A stretch of 56,170 nucleotides of DNA, the filler included, from Squatina squatina (taxonomy: Eukaryota), in NCBI GenBank assembly GCA_031763465.1. It is 3 parts of 3 records of this genome, joined end to end, with 100 filler letters (N's around TTAATTAATTAA, not from the genome) between each part and the next. Parts side by side here need not be neighbours in the genome. Positions count along the whole stretch, not along the records: positions 12,378 to 41,615 come from JARFOE010000163.1; 2 more parts are not named here. One strand, given 5' to 3'. Position 1 is the first letter of the stretch; each line of letters starts with the position of its first letter. A program made the position numbers and the translations under genes. Of this stretch, positions 27,033 to 40,500 are shown piece after piece. The notes under the pieces are model-generated. The model was not told where the DNA came from. It searched no databases and saw only the letters and a list, made by a program, of their open reading frames with translations.

Positions 27033-28801
27033 GCATTTCAAACTTTAATTGCACAGAGCCTTGATCTGGCTTTGGTTTGCTATAATTCTGTAATTTTAAA
27101 GGTGTTTTGTGCTTTATAGTTTGTTACATTGAGGAGATCATCAATATAAGTCTTCTGAGCGAAGTGTAGCCACTTCAAATTTAAATTTAGTGATTTGCCA
27201 TTGGATATTTTGCTGGAAATTACAGGGCAGTTAAAATTGGAAAAGACACTTCAGTTTGAGGGCATAATATAGGCTAATATTCCAGTATGCCGTAAATTGC
27301 GACATTGCATGCCCTGATCTTCCCGTTGTAAACTTACTCCGAAATACTCCAAAGGTAATTTGAATATGCCGCAGCAAGCATAATGGCAAATTTGTGATCT
27401 CCGAAGCAGTGCAGCCAATAGCTTGCTCCACCCATCTGCATCAGTTCACCAGGTCAGTATTGGCTGGGCCTGAGAAAGAATCCTGAATTTCAAATCCTTT
27501 CACTGCAGAAGACTTGATAATTTGAGGAAAATTGTTTGAGTTATGAACGCACTCATCTGCTTTATTCAGTTTTCAGCNNNNNNNNNNNNNNNNNNNNNNN
27601 NNNNNNNNNNNNNNNNNNNNNNNNNNNNNNNNNNNNNNNNNNNNNNNNNNNNNNNNNNNNNNNNNNNNNNNNNNNNNTATTATATGAATATTCCAACCTC
27701 ATAAAATAGAACAAGGTCAGAGTTTGTTGCTTTCAGCCAGTACTGAGCTCGCAGCTTCCCAGTCCCAGCTCCACTTCACTGAGATCGCAAAATCAGCCCT
27801 TAGGTTTCCGGTAGGCAATAAAGTGTCCATATAAAGCTGCGATTTTCTGCTACAAAGCAGCCAAGTGTCACTAGAGGAACAGATAAGTGGCCCTCTGGAT
27901 GAAGAATTTGGAAACCTATATTGAGGTAGTGGCAAGAAATAAATGAGAATGCAGGACATCATAAATCATTTCAAAATCATACAACAGCAGCACTGCAACC
28001 TTATTCATAAACACAAACACAGACCTGTAGTAATTCCATCAATAAACTAGCAAGTATGTGACAGCAACAATCACTGTTGGACCTTCTAACAGAGCAGTGG
28101 CACCAGCAGCCTGTATATCTATCAGATAAAAAAAAGCATTGCAGAGAGCTTAAACAACATTCACAGCCTGAAATAACATTTTATTTGATAGGTCACAAAA
28201 CCCCCAAAGTTGGGAGCCGAATAATAAACTAAAGGGAGCAGGATTGTGACCTTCGTTGTACAGATGGAGAACCAAGTCTTCAAAATCTGTTGATTGCTTT
28301 TGCAACAAAAGANNNNNNNNNNAGATTCATTTTAAAATCACATTCTTTGGGGGTATAAATATTTTGCAGATTGCAGCTCTGCTGTGCAATAGTTGCAGAA
28401 TTTTTACAACTTTGCCATTTTCAAAGAAATCGCCAAGTGTTTTGCAATGTTAGGCAGTCAAGGTGACAGAATAGATTGGAAAACCAACACAGCAACACAA
28501 TAGTGAAGGATGGAGCGTCAATGTCATCGAGCTAAGGTAGGCCTTCCAAGTAGCATTCATTGGAGAAAGACACTAAACTGCTGTCATGTACTACCAAATG
28601 GTTGAAGAATTCAGCGGTAAAGCCCTGGGAGCAGGTTAGCATCATTTCTGTTTGGCCACAGATCCAACATATTGTGGGAGGCCCAACATATTGGCCTAGA
28701 ANNNNNNNNNNNNNNNNNNNNNNNNNNNNNNNNNNNNNNNNNNNNNNNNNNNNNNNNNNNNNNNNNNNNNNNNNNNNNNNNNNNNNNNNNNNNNNNNNNN
28801 N

Positions 28802-28938
28802 TCCTTAAAACCTACCCCTTTGACCAAGTCTGCCCTAATGTGGCTCAGTGTGAAGTTTTGTTCTTTAACGCTCCTGTGAAGTGTCTTGGGATGTTTTACT
28901 ACATTAAAGGCGTTATATAAATACAAGCTGTTGTTGTT
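28802..28938 (+). mobile_element. L2-type LINE 3' tail
   Basis: LKTYPFDQ remnant plus ctcctgtgaagtgtcttgggatgttttactacattaaaggcgttatataaatacaagctgttgttgtt. Confidence 0.7.
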
Positions 28939-31900
28939 TGTGCTGAGATTTGACTATACCACATGATCTTAAAAATGTTCTATCAAAATAGGTATAATAG
29001 CCAATGTATATTTAACTGTCTATATGAGTAAAAGTAAAACAGACTTAATCTTTTCTTGTTCCTAAAAATTGCTATGTTTTTATAATGAATGAGCCACTTT
29101 TGCTGATACCAACCAGTCTTAATAATGCACTTTATATCAAACTTTTTTTTTAGCTCAAACCAGTCGGACCTGTTCCATTAGTTTGAACCTCCCCTCATAG
29201 GACGCGGCCTTTGCTATTCCAGTACTGGGCCTGATGTATTGGAGTATCCAGTTACCCAACCTGATTTAATGAAAGTAATTAATGAACTAATTGTCATTCT
29301 GCCCTTTGTCGAGCTGCAGGTGTACTATTTGCTTTTCTTAAAGCATATATATTACTGCCAGACATCTGCGGACTCAAAACCTTAGAAGCAAAGCCAGGAA
29401 CTACTTAATTTTTTTTGTGTCAGGATTTGAAATGGATGATAAGTGTATTGATAAAGCTGGAAAGCACCCCGACTTGTTACAGAAAGCCATCAGATTGTAT
29501 CTCATTCAGATGCTCAAAAAAGGACACAAGAGAGAAACCCTTCTGTCATCCTCCTGGATAAGAGGTTTTAGGCAACAAGTCAAGTCTTGAAGTAGATCGA
29601 TTTGAACAGATTGATTAGAGCTGAGTATCTGGGTGGACTGCTCAACATCAGCATCCGAAACTAAAAATGAAAAGAAAATCTCTCTCTCTTTCTTTTGGAT
29701 GCTTTCCCAACTGTACCGACATCTATTGGAAAATGCTGCGTGTATCAGACATTTTTATACAGTGAACTCACACATCACAGACATCAGCTGTGCTTCTGAT
29801 GTCGTTTCTGGTTTCATGTTCAACTTTAACCCTCTGCGGACTGCAAAGCATTGATGCAACACATCCAAAAATAACACGAGATTACATTTTTTTTTACATC
29901 AAAGAACAGAAAAATAGGGCTTTATTGTATGTTTTCGCTGCCTTCATTTATGTCATATTAAGCTATTCATCATTAGACCAACATTTATAAAACAAAATTG
30001 AATGGAAAATATTTATTTCTGAGAAAGGGCTGAGCAGCATGAATAGTGCCAGTGTTAACTGCAATATAATGGCTTCTGTTTGCACTGCAAACCTCAAGGC
30101 AGTATTTTCCCCTGCAGTGCAAACCAGCATGTTTTGATTCCTTTGAAATGATATGGTAGTTCAGAGGTATGGCATTTGTTCGAAACTGGCAGCTATTTTG
30201 GAACCTGCCACTGGCTGACAGGTACGATTCTAAATTTAAGTGTCTTTCTACAGTGTGTTAAATACACGGTGAATAAAGAAAATGGCTTTAAAATGACTTG
30301 ATCCAGCAATGGGGTAAGGGATATTCTGTGCACAGTAAGTAATGAAATATCTNNNNNNNNNNNNNNNNNNNNNNNNNNNNNNNNNNNNNNNNNNNNNNNN
30401 NNNNNNNNNNNNNNNNNNNNNNNNNNNNNNNNNNNNNNNNNNNNNNNNNNNNAATACACTCCTAGAAGTTGTGCTTTGCTCTTCTTACCTTCCCAGACAC
30501 CACAAGATCATTAAGTTACCTTTCCTGTTCCTAATTACTTCTATGTTTTATGCTTCAGTAAAATGACCCAGTTGAGCTCAGACCTCACTGCACAGGGAAT
30601 CACGGAGGAGAGAGCACACTGCATCATCAGAACCACCTGCACACAGCCACTTTTCAGTTCAAGCTTTTGAGCAGAAGGCTGTGCCCTAGATTTTGTTTAT
30701 TCATTTTGCAAATCAAAACAGTGCACCCTAATTCTGCTCAATTAATTTGAGGTTGTTGACAGTTTTTTAAAAAAAAGTTCAAATGCATGACATGTGAAAG
30801 TACAGTAACCTGCAACCATTTGGAAGTGCAAACTCAAGAACGTGTGGTTTTGCACTGAAGCAGCCGGTGGGACATCCTGCAACGAGACTCCAGTTATGAC
30901 ACTAAGTCGATCAATGCAGGTAAAACCACAGAACCGGAGTTATGAATGTTGCTTAAAAACCTCAACCCACTGAGGCCCGTGCAAACACTTTTTCAACCAG
31001 TCAAAAGCATGACAAGGACAGATTGTACCTCATGATTATGTCGTACGAGTTTAGTGCAAAAGAATTATAGAATTAATCCAGGGTAGTCACAGTGATAATC
31101 CTGAGTTAGGCTAATGCAAATCAAAAGCATGACAATCGGTATTCATTAAAAATGCAAAGTAGAGGTAAGTTATCTTGGTTTAATGCTTGCTTGGTGCATA
31201 TGTTTCGGTGCCAGATGGATTTAGTGGCTAATAAGTTTAACATTCTTTATTTCCATAGATTGGCGCTAAGATTTCCAGCAACACAGGATACTCCTAACAA
31301 TTTTAAAACACCCACGGAGTAATGTAATTATATCTCAGGGCAATTCACATTACAGTTGTACAGAAGAATTTTCAAATTGGTGCCTCACATATGTTTTCCG
31401 CACGAGGGATTTTAAAGCCCTAGAATCATCAGAAACTTCTTGCTTAAACGGGATACATGTTCTTAAAACATTCATTGCAACAGTACACATATTAGAACCT
31501 GATTTATATTTATAAACTTTATTTAGAACAGTCTCAGCAGCAGGGTCATCTTCANNNNNNNNNNNNNNNNNNNNNNNNNNNNNNNNNNNNNNNNNNNNNN
31601 NNNNNNNNNNNNNNNNNNNNNNNNNNNNNNNNNNNNNNNNNNNNNNNNNNNNNNGAAAGGTAGGAATAAGGGGAGAAGCTCAAGGAGGAAGGAAACATTT
31701 GTCTCATAAACTGCTATAAGGTGCGAACATGTTACAACACAGGCCAGCACATTCATGTCTACATTTTTCCATATAATGAGTTCCCAAATAGGCTTTTCCA
31801 CAGGCAAGGAAGCAAAAGATTCAAAGCATTCGACAGCACCTCCGAACAACAGTTACACAGCGTCCAGGGAATACTGCCTGGCTGAAGGAAGGAGTGAAAA

Positions 31901-32599
31901 GAGTCACCATCATTTCTGATAAATTTATTTACGCACAAACATTTCTGGCTTGCATGCTGGAAATTCCTAACAGTACAACCTTCCCCACCCCCATGAAAAA
32001 GGAAGTGGTCACAAGTTTTAATTTGGAAACTTGCCTTATTGCTGTTAAAATATATGCTGATAACCAGCCAATATAGAATGGGTGATGCAGTCAAGTGAGG
32101 TGCTGAGTGAAGAGCTAGCAATATGTATTCTTATCTTCCAGTGGCCATGTCTTGGCTTCCTTTGACGTGACTCGTGCTTCCACCTTTAGGTCAAGAATAA
32201 CCACTGGAGTGATATGGGCTCTTTAATTATTCTCATTTTTTTATTTACCTGACAGGATGTGTTGAAATAATTGTGTGGTATAAGTAGATCATTGATTTGC
32301 AATACAGTGCACTGCAGTGAAAATCTGGTCAGAAGAATGTATAATCCCAAATTGAAAAAACAATCTGTTTCCTATTTACACCAGTTGTGATATTTTAATT
32401 ACTTTTTTTTTTTAAAAACTGAGAATCTAAGCAGCAGATTTCTCCTGAATGACCATTTTGTTACCCGCATTGATTACCATATTCACAGGGTAAATTTCAC
32501 ACTGAAACAATCTATGACGCATTCTGTATGGTTGCTGTGGTAATTATCTATGTTTTCTATCATAATGCAGTAATTATACATGTCTAATGTGGACCTGAA

Positions 32600-32885
32600 T
32601 GACTTAGTATGTCAGTAAAAGTATAAGTCACTGTCTGGAAATTAAATCTCTTTAAATAGGCCCCTAACCTGATGAAAGAGGATGTAGTAAATTCAGCACA
32701 ATGAAGTAACCCAAAGGAAGCTAAAGAATAGGCCCACTCCAGCATTAGGTCATTGAAATAGTCAAGAATGTGAAAATATTGGATCATTCTGAGCTGATGA
32801 AGGATACTGAAGGTTATAGGAAACTTGACTTTTGGATGAACCCCCCTGTAAATATGTCTAACAGCTTTCACAGCTGTCCTAATTC
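32600..32885 (-). mobile_element. decayed tyrosine recombinase of a DIRS/Ngaro-type retrotransposon
   Basis: KFPITFSILHQL...FNDLMLEWAYSLASFGLLHCAEFTTSS matches the YR pattern RLPITxxIL...DxMLxAAxxLAFFGFLRxxEFT; the catalytic R is replaced by H. Confidence 0.65.
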
Positions 32886-33299
32886 TATGAAGAAATCAGC
32901 TATGGCTGAAAACCAAGGGAGTAGTCAGTCTAAGGGAACAGTCTTAATAAGTTAGGATTTAACTATTGTATGTTTGTTTAACATGTCGATTAAAGCACTG
33001 GATGCTATTACTTCCCCATTGATGTGAAGTTCTCTGCAAGACAGGGATAAAAAGAGAATTACCTAAAGGTAGTTTACATGGCCACATAATCAACTGAGAA
33101 TTTGTTGTCTTTCATTTTTAGCTTGAAGCGTATTGAAGTGCAATTCCAACTATGCCCTGTGAAATGTTTCAAGCAAATTCTGCCAAAACTCCACGCAATN
33201 NNNNNNNNNNNNNNNNNNNNNNNNNNNNNNNNNNNNNNNNNNNNNNNNNNNNNNNNNNNNNNNNNNNNNNNNNNNNNNNNNNNNNNNNNNNNNNNNNNN

Positions 33300-33390
33300 A
33301 AGCTAATGTCCTTCCTAACTATTGCATGAATCTCCTCTCTAACCAGCAACGCTACCCCACCTCCTTTTCCTTTCTGACTATCCTTCCTGA
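33300..33390 (-). mobile_element. CR1 LINE endonuclease (APE) fragment
   Basis: RKDSQKGKGGGVALLVREEIHAIVRKDIS carries the GGGVA motif of LINE APE domains. Confidence 0.8.
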
Positions 33391-35550
33391 GTCATACACA
33401 AGCTACACAACATTGCTTGTTTGAATCATTCTCTCTTGAGCTTGTAACTGATAAAACGTGCAGCATTGTATTGACATAAACTTGGTTAAGAATTTGATCT
33501 GCAGTTGTTTTTTAACTGCTCATGGACTATGACTGGAATTAAAGGAAACCCCCAAAAAATCACTGACGAGCTGGAGGGCCCCACGGAAATGCACCCCCAT
33601 GATCAGGGAGCAGCACTCAGAGTAATCGCCAAGTAGTTGAGGATCTTCACTGTCCCACAGACATAAAACGTTGAGGAGGGGGGAAAAATGTGAAGACCAG
33701 AGAATGAAAAATTTAAATTAAAAGTGAGTAACCCATAGTAATACACAATCTTTTGAAGAAAAGTTAAACAGGTTACTGAGTGGCCACTCAAGATACATGA
33801 AAGCTGAGAAATCTTGAAGTTGGAGGTAAAATGTTCGAGACAATAATCTATGTCTTGCAAAGAGGAGATAGCTAAAGAAGCAGGCATATGTTTGAGTATA
33901 AATATCAGATGCCTGAATTTTGAAATGTAAGTAAGCATTTGAGGGTTTCTTGTGAATACCAGACAGACAGAATACTTTAATCATAAACATATAGCTAGCT
34001 GCAAAGAATATTAACCTTCTCATAGGCTTTGTAATGCAAGAGGATTTACACAACTTTTATGAATAATGTAAACTACAGGAAACTTGTAATAATAAAAACA
34101 GGATTATTTTGTAAGCAGAGGTGACTCCACAAAAATAGGTGTTACTTCAATACAATGGGGAGAATCTTGATTCCAACAACTATGGAACTATTTTTCTTGA
34201 AACTAACTGCTGAAACTAACTAAAGCTATTGCATTGGACATCATTTTTGCAGTGGAATATTCCAAGAGGAAATGCACACAGGCATGCAACAGTAGAAAAG
34301 TATTGTACATAATCAGGTCCTTTGTGCAATGTGAGTTGGAATGCATGACATGATGCAAACACTTGACAGAAGAAGCAATGGATATCAACTGAAAGATTAA
34401 AGTGCTAATCTTCAACATGGACAGTTAAAGAATTAGGCTAAAGATCGTTGTCCTCTTTTCGATGCAACGCTTCGAGAATTTTTTAATGATAAGATGTAAT
34501 TAATTCTGTAGGAAACTTTGCATATATTTTGGCAGAGTTGAGGATAATATATTTTCAGGTAACAGATGCGCTTTAGAAGATTAAATATGCGATGACCATG
34601 CACACATTTCCATCAGATAACACCACATAGATGATTTTTGGCAAAATTCTCCAAGCACACATCATGATGTGTAATTCAGAAATACAGAATATTTCTTAAT
34701 CGACAGTATTCTCTGAATAATCATTTTATTTGTTATCGATACAACTGGTTGAAGACTTCCGATGTGAAATCTTGGGCATGGCTGACTAAAGAATGAATGT
34801 TGAATCAGTACTGAAAGCTGAAGCTGAAGCTTTAGTTGAGATGCTGCCTGAGGTACTGGTCGTGGATGGTAATGGAAGAGTGTCAACCATTGTTTGCACA
34901 AGTCAACGGAATGCTTCCATGATCATTTCAAGATGAATCCCCTGAGAATCTGAAATCAACAAGGATAAAGGTTGAGAAATGAGTTAGCAGAAAACTGATG
35001 AAAAACACAGGCCTGGTTTAGCCTGGAGGCACATTGCAATGAAGAATGAGCCTGCTCTCCTTTAGTGGAACTAATGTGAAAGTAGTGGAATTTATCTCAT
35101 CATACCAACAGCCATTTTAAATTTCCCCAGACCATTTAAGATTTTGGAGGATGTGCAAAGATGAAGGATATTGCCATTAGAACCTCTGCCATTGTTGGAA
35201 AACCTAGAGGAACCATTTTCTTCCAGCACAGGATGAATACCTCATTCCATATATGTTTGACTGGGGTTGGTCGATGTCAAACTTTGGCAATTAAATTTAG
35301 TTTAGCACTGACCTCCTTTGGAATGTGGCTCTAACAAAGCATTACCCAAATTCGTCACTAGTTTAATCACTTTAAGCACTTATAAATCACAAAAATTCCA
35401 CTAAACATCAACCTAAGAAACAACAGCAAGTTTACCAAACAGCAATTCTTCTTATTTTATCTTGACATGTTTGTGTCGATTATATCACTTATATACATTA
35501 AATACTACTGATACATCATCATATTCATCAAGGGCAATTTACAAAATTAT

Positions 35551-35714
35551 ATTACATAGGATTACATAGGATATACGGCACAGAAACATGCCATTCGGCC
35601 CAACCAGTCCATGACGACGTTTATGCTCCACTAGAGCCTCCTCCCATCTTTCCTCATATAAATCTATCAGCATAACCCTCTATTCCCTTCTCCCTCATAT
35701 ACTTGTCCAGCCTC
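35551..35714 (-). mobile_element. CR1-type LINE 3' end (same family as 16197-16419)
   Basis: RLDKYMREKGIEGYADR, and a tandem terminal repeat attacatagg x2. Confidence 0.85.
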
Positions 35715-36439
35715 NNNNNNNNNNNNNNNNNNNNNNNNNNNNNNNNNNNNNNNNNNNNNNNNNNNNNNNNNNNNNNNNNNNNNNNNNNNNNNNNNNNNNN
35801 NNNNNNNNNNNNNNTAATTTCCTGGGATCTGTTTTGAGTTGGTCCATAATAACTACAGCACATTTACTGGGCTATATTTTATCGATCAAAACAAAAAAAC
35901 AACAATTGCGTGACGAGGCAAAGGATTGTGTTTACTGTTTACAATCTTTTGCCTTTATCTCAGGCAACTCTCAGTCAGCTAGGTTTCACAATGTATCACA
36001 CCCTGCTTATTCGCCTGAAGGATGCCATCATTTATACTGGCCGATGTGATCTCAGATGTCAATGGTCCCTCTGTCTGTATGAGCAGTTTTGGTTGTTTGC
36101 AGCAATGTGCCTTGAGGCAGGTCACAGCCTCACACAACTGAGGGAAGAATCCTACAAAGTGACCGAGTTGTATAACTTTTAATAGCATCATTCATATATT
36201 TGAATATGTACCTTGCAGAACCAATCGATTCAAATTGATATGCAGGTTATATGGCCAGATTAACTGGGGTACCAGTTGGCACTAGTTTGTATTTATTTGT
36301 TTGCAAAGCTGATTTGTTCAGCACGAGTCTATTTGCATATTTTCTATCAACTCTTTATGCCTCTGCACCTTTTTTGAGAGTGTTAATTATACTGTGTTTC
36401 CTACAGTTCGATGTGAACAAAATGAGACATCACAAAGCT

Positions 36440-36505
36440 ATGTCTACATTACAACAGTGACTACACTTCAAAAGTAGTTCATTGGCTGTAAACACTTTGG
36501 GACGT
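36440..36505 (+). mobile_element. DeuSINE/SacSINE1-like 3' fragment
   Basis: ctacattacaacagtgactacacttcaaaagtagttcattggctgtaaacactttgggacgt is the reverse counterpart of 52250-52300. Confidence 0.65.
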
Positions 36506-37359
36506 NNNNNNNNNNNNNNNNNNNNNNNNNNNNNNNNNNNNNNNNNNNNNNNNNNNNNNNNNNNNNNNNNNNNNNNNNNNNNNNNNNNNNNNNNNNNNNN
36601 NNNNNAATCTCAGTCATGGCTGCTGGTCCAACTCTACCAGTAAATGAAGCGTCAGATTTTCCACCGCCCAAAAATATAGGCAACTATGCAGCTCCCCTAC
36701 CTGGATAGCAGAGGAGGGTTTAAATTTTAAAATCATATAGTTGTTAAATTTTACTTTACTGTACCTTCTATTTTTCAATTGATATATTTTACAAATTTTT
36801 CTGGAGCTGGGGCCTCCTGGGGCCTATCCCTGCTGCCTACCAACCTCATCTCCCACCTCCTACAGTTGCCTGCAGACCTCTCCCCATAGTTCCTTTACAA
36901 TTGATTTTTGCTGGTTTCTTCTTTTTATGTCAAAACAGAAATTACTTCATAAACATAAGGAAATAACAACAGAAATTAAGATACAGGGTTTATGCCCAGA
37001 CAACTACCTGTTTATATTGGCAAAAGGTTCAAATGACAAAGAAGCTGGTGTTTGTTATCTCTTTTCATGTTTTTCCCTCTTTGATACTTTCGTGTAAATG
37101 TTTATGTAACAATTTCCCCTTTTGTCTGTCTACATATACAAACTGCTTTTCAGAACTATCAAAATCAAAAGTACACATTTCCTTTGATTTCCATCCCCCT
37201 GGCCTTCCGAGAATGATTTATGAAGCTTTCCTTACAAAAACCAGTTTAATGTTGTGATGTGTTTTCATAGTCCCTGAAAATTGCTGACAGATAATAATTG
37301 CAGTATTTGTTCATATTTCTCTTATGGATCACCCCTGTCCGTTCATCCCACGAATAAAC

Positions 37360-37585
37360 TCATGCCTCAATTCTCTGGAATTCCCTCGTTACACCTCTCC
37401 GCCTCACCACCTCCAACTCCTACTTTAAGACCCTCCTTACACGCCACCTCTTTGATCAAGCTTTGGGTTGGCACATCCTAATATCAACTTCTGTGGCTCA
37501 GCATTCCCTTTTGTCTGATCAGACCTCTGTGAAGCTCCTTGGGACAGTCTTCTTTATTAAAGGTGCTGTATAAATGTTGTTGTGG
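37360..37585 (+). mobile_element. L2-type LINE 3' end
   Basis: LWNSL...FKTLLTRHLFDQA remnant plus a gtgaagctccttgggac...aaaggtgctgtataaatgttgttgt tail. Confidence 0.7.
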
Positions 37586-40500
37586 CTGTATTGTGGCAAA
37601 CTGGGCTTGAGTTGCAGTATGCAGCTCCCATCTACATAGAATAAAATCTTGCCATATGTCTGGTGCAATAGAGCACAAATGCATGGGGTCCCCAATTGGA
37701 GNNNNNNNNNNNNNNNNNNNNNNNNNNNNNNNNNNNNNNNNNNNNNNNNNNNNNNNNNNNNNNNNNNNNNNNNNNNNNNNNNNNNNNNNNNNNNNNNNNN
37801 NGAGCTTCTTCCCTGCTGTCTAGACTAATTTAAAACCCAGGTACGAGAGGTTAGAAAACAGTGTTCCAACCCCTTGTGTGACCCACTATCCCTGGGGTTT
37901 CTTTCAGCATTGGCAAGATGCATTTTGACTGTAAGTTTTAAAACAAATACATTAAAATATATGACTGATGCAAAACTTTCTGTGCATTTTCGTACTGGTA
38001 GAATACACTTTAAAAGGAAGTCATCTATAAATCACGGAGTCGTGCAGTAAATAATTTTTTTGAAAACCAAACTTAGTGGACAAGTAGCAATTACACACAA
38101 AGCAAAAGGGTACAAGATCACCATAGATCACTGTGATCCACTGCAGCTAAAGGACTGTTTGTTTATTAGTGAAACAGTTTGTTCTTGACAGGACATTGGT
38201 GAGATAGAAATGAACTTGGAGCTAGGTTGTGGTGCAGTATGTTGGTGTACCAATTTGCTCTGCCACAGAGTGATAGGATGTGGGTTCACATCTGTGATGC
38301 TCCATGTGGTAATTTCCTGATATTACCCAGAGGCAAGGGGCTCCTCCACTCACAGAAAGTGGAGAAATCGGAGGGTAAATCAACACAAGGTACTTTCCAC
38401 ACATCCTAGTTGCCAATACAGACTGTTGTAATGTCAACCGTTTAGTCACTACTATTCATAATGTAGAATGAGTTGCTCACACATCCCAAATGAAGAACAT
38501 ACACAGATATAAGATTTCNNNNNNNNNNNNNNNNNNNNNNNNNNNNNNNNNNNNNNNNNNNNNNNNNNNNNNNNNNNNNNNNNNNNNNNNNNNNNNNNNN
38601 NNNNNNNNNNNNNNNNNNCACAGGAGTACCTCCAACTACAGGAAGCAATGGGAGCCAAGTAATGAGCCCAGCTGTGTGAGACCTGCTGAAGCCATGTGCC
38701 AGACAAGGAATGTGGCAGGCAATTTGTAAGCCACATACCACAGTTCACATGTAGTTCTGGTTATATAACATTGCCTTTATATTGGCCTTGCTTTAATTTG
38801 GATTGCAGGAAACCAGTATCTGAGTGTTTACACTACTAAATTTAGCCTGGTGACAGACTTGTGGATCCATTGAGAGACCTTGGAGAAGTGAATTAAAAGG
38901 ACCAATCTTCGAGTCACACCTGAATATTAAATAACTTTATTATGTATTAAAATTACAACTGCCACTGATTTAAAAACTGCCTTACACGTTCACCAGGGAC
39001 AGAACAACTGTGCACACAGTGTACTGACTGCATAAAAACTACGAGAATATTATGCGCATTGCAGGCACAAAACGCACTTAGCACCAATGTAAATGACAAG
39101 ATGGGGGTTAACATGATTTTTTCCCCCTAAGAGGTCTTATGTGCAATATCCCATTCAGTCCAAAGTGCTTCCTTGTGTAATCCAGTTTTCGATTTATCCT
39201 AGTTTACACCTTCACTGCATTGCAAGTATCTGAGTGAAATTATATGGAGGTGATGAAAGGGCCCTTGAGAGAGCATCTGTGGAAACAATATAGNNNNNNN
39301 NNNNNNNNNNNNNNNNNNNNNNNNNNNNNNNNNNNNNNNNNNNNNNNNNNNNNNNNNNNNNNNNNNNNNNNNNNNNNNNNNNNNNNNNNNNNNCTGCTGA
39401 ACAAGTTACCACTGGTCTTTGAAATAAGTCAGAGAGAGGTTCAGCTATTCTAAGGTTAAATGTGTAGTCAGGATATAAATGAAAAACCACATTCTTCTTC
39501 TTGTACAGTCACTTGTTTCTACCTATCGGAAGAGGATATGTGATACAATCATACAAACAGAAACAGGAACTGTGCAAACACAATGGAGCCGTGGTGGGTG
39601 GGAGATTAGGAGCAGTGGGCATTTTGAGACTATATGCATAGAGCTCTGACACAAAGTTAAAAGCAAATAATAAGTGTTGTGGGCAGTTAAAGAGGCACTG
39701 GGGAATCTCAGCATGGGTGGTGGGAGGGCAATATCAAAAGCAGCACAAGAAAGGAGGTAAATTAAAAAAGAAATGGAAGTAGCGGAATCTAATCGAGCAA
39801 TATAGGAAGATAGATTTTTTTAAGTAGCTGATAGTGCAGGAAACCATTGATAACCTTATAACACATTATGAAAGCTATTGGCAGATTCTAGTGTTATGCT
39901 GATGCACAGTATCTTTAGTTATGCCATATGGGTCTGATAATATTAGATTGATGGCATCATCATGTGACCCATAACAAGCTGATTTCCATTTCAGTGTCCT
40001 GTCAAGGAGCAATTTAAGTAAGACATTTTTAATGGAATATTTTCAACAAATTCCATCTAAACTACATTCTGGAATTGGGGGGGATGTTAGTCAATTTTCT
40101 TTATGAAGCACAATAAAAAGAGTTGGTTTAATAATTTATGTGTAAGAATGTAGAAAAAAATGCACAGGAAACATAAATGTACCCAACAAAACTCAAAATA
40201 CTGTAAAACATTGAAGCACCAGTGTTCTGTATCTCAGGGTGATCCATAATTCTCCGCATAGTGAGCGCCTTTGCATCGAAAGGCAATGAGTCAGTCTGGG
40301 TCACTCTCCCAGCAACATTAGCAGACGTTTAAGAGTGGGTTTTCCCTCTTGGCTGGAGGATGCTATGTGGCCTGAGCAGACTCAAAAGACGGTGTCATGT
40401 TTCAGGATGTTCTGACCAATTTTTTCACGGAAAGGATTTGAGGTTTGAGAAGGGTTTTTATTCGCATGAATAAATTGGAATGATTATTGAATAGGTTTTG

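Noticed and set aside
29424-29590. Exon-like ORF GFEMDDKCIDKAGKHPDLLQKAIRLYL... after a polypyrimidine acceptor
   Set aside because: No homology recognised and no linked coding exons; it cannot be supported without RNA data.
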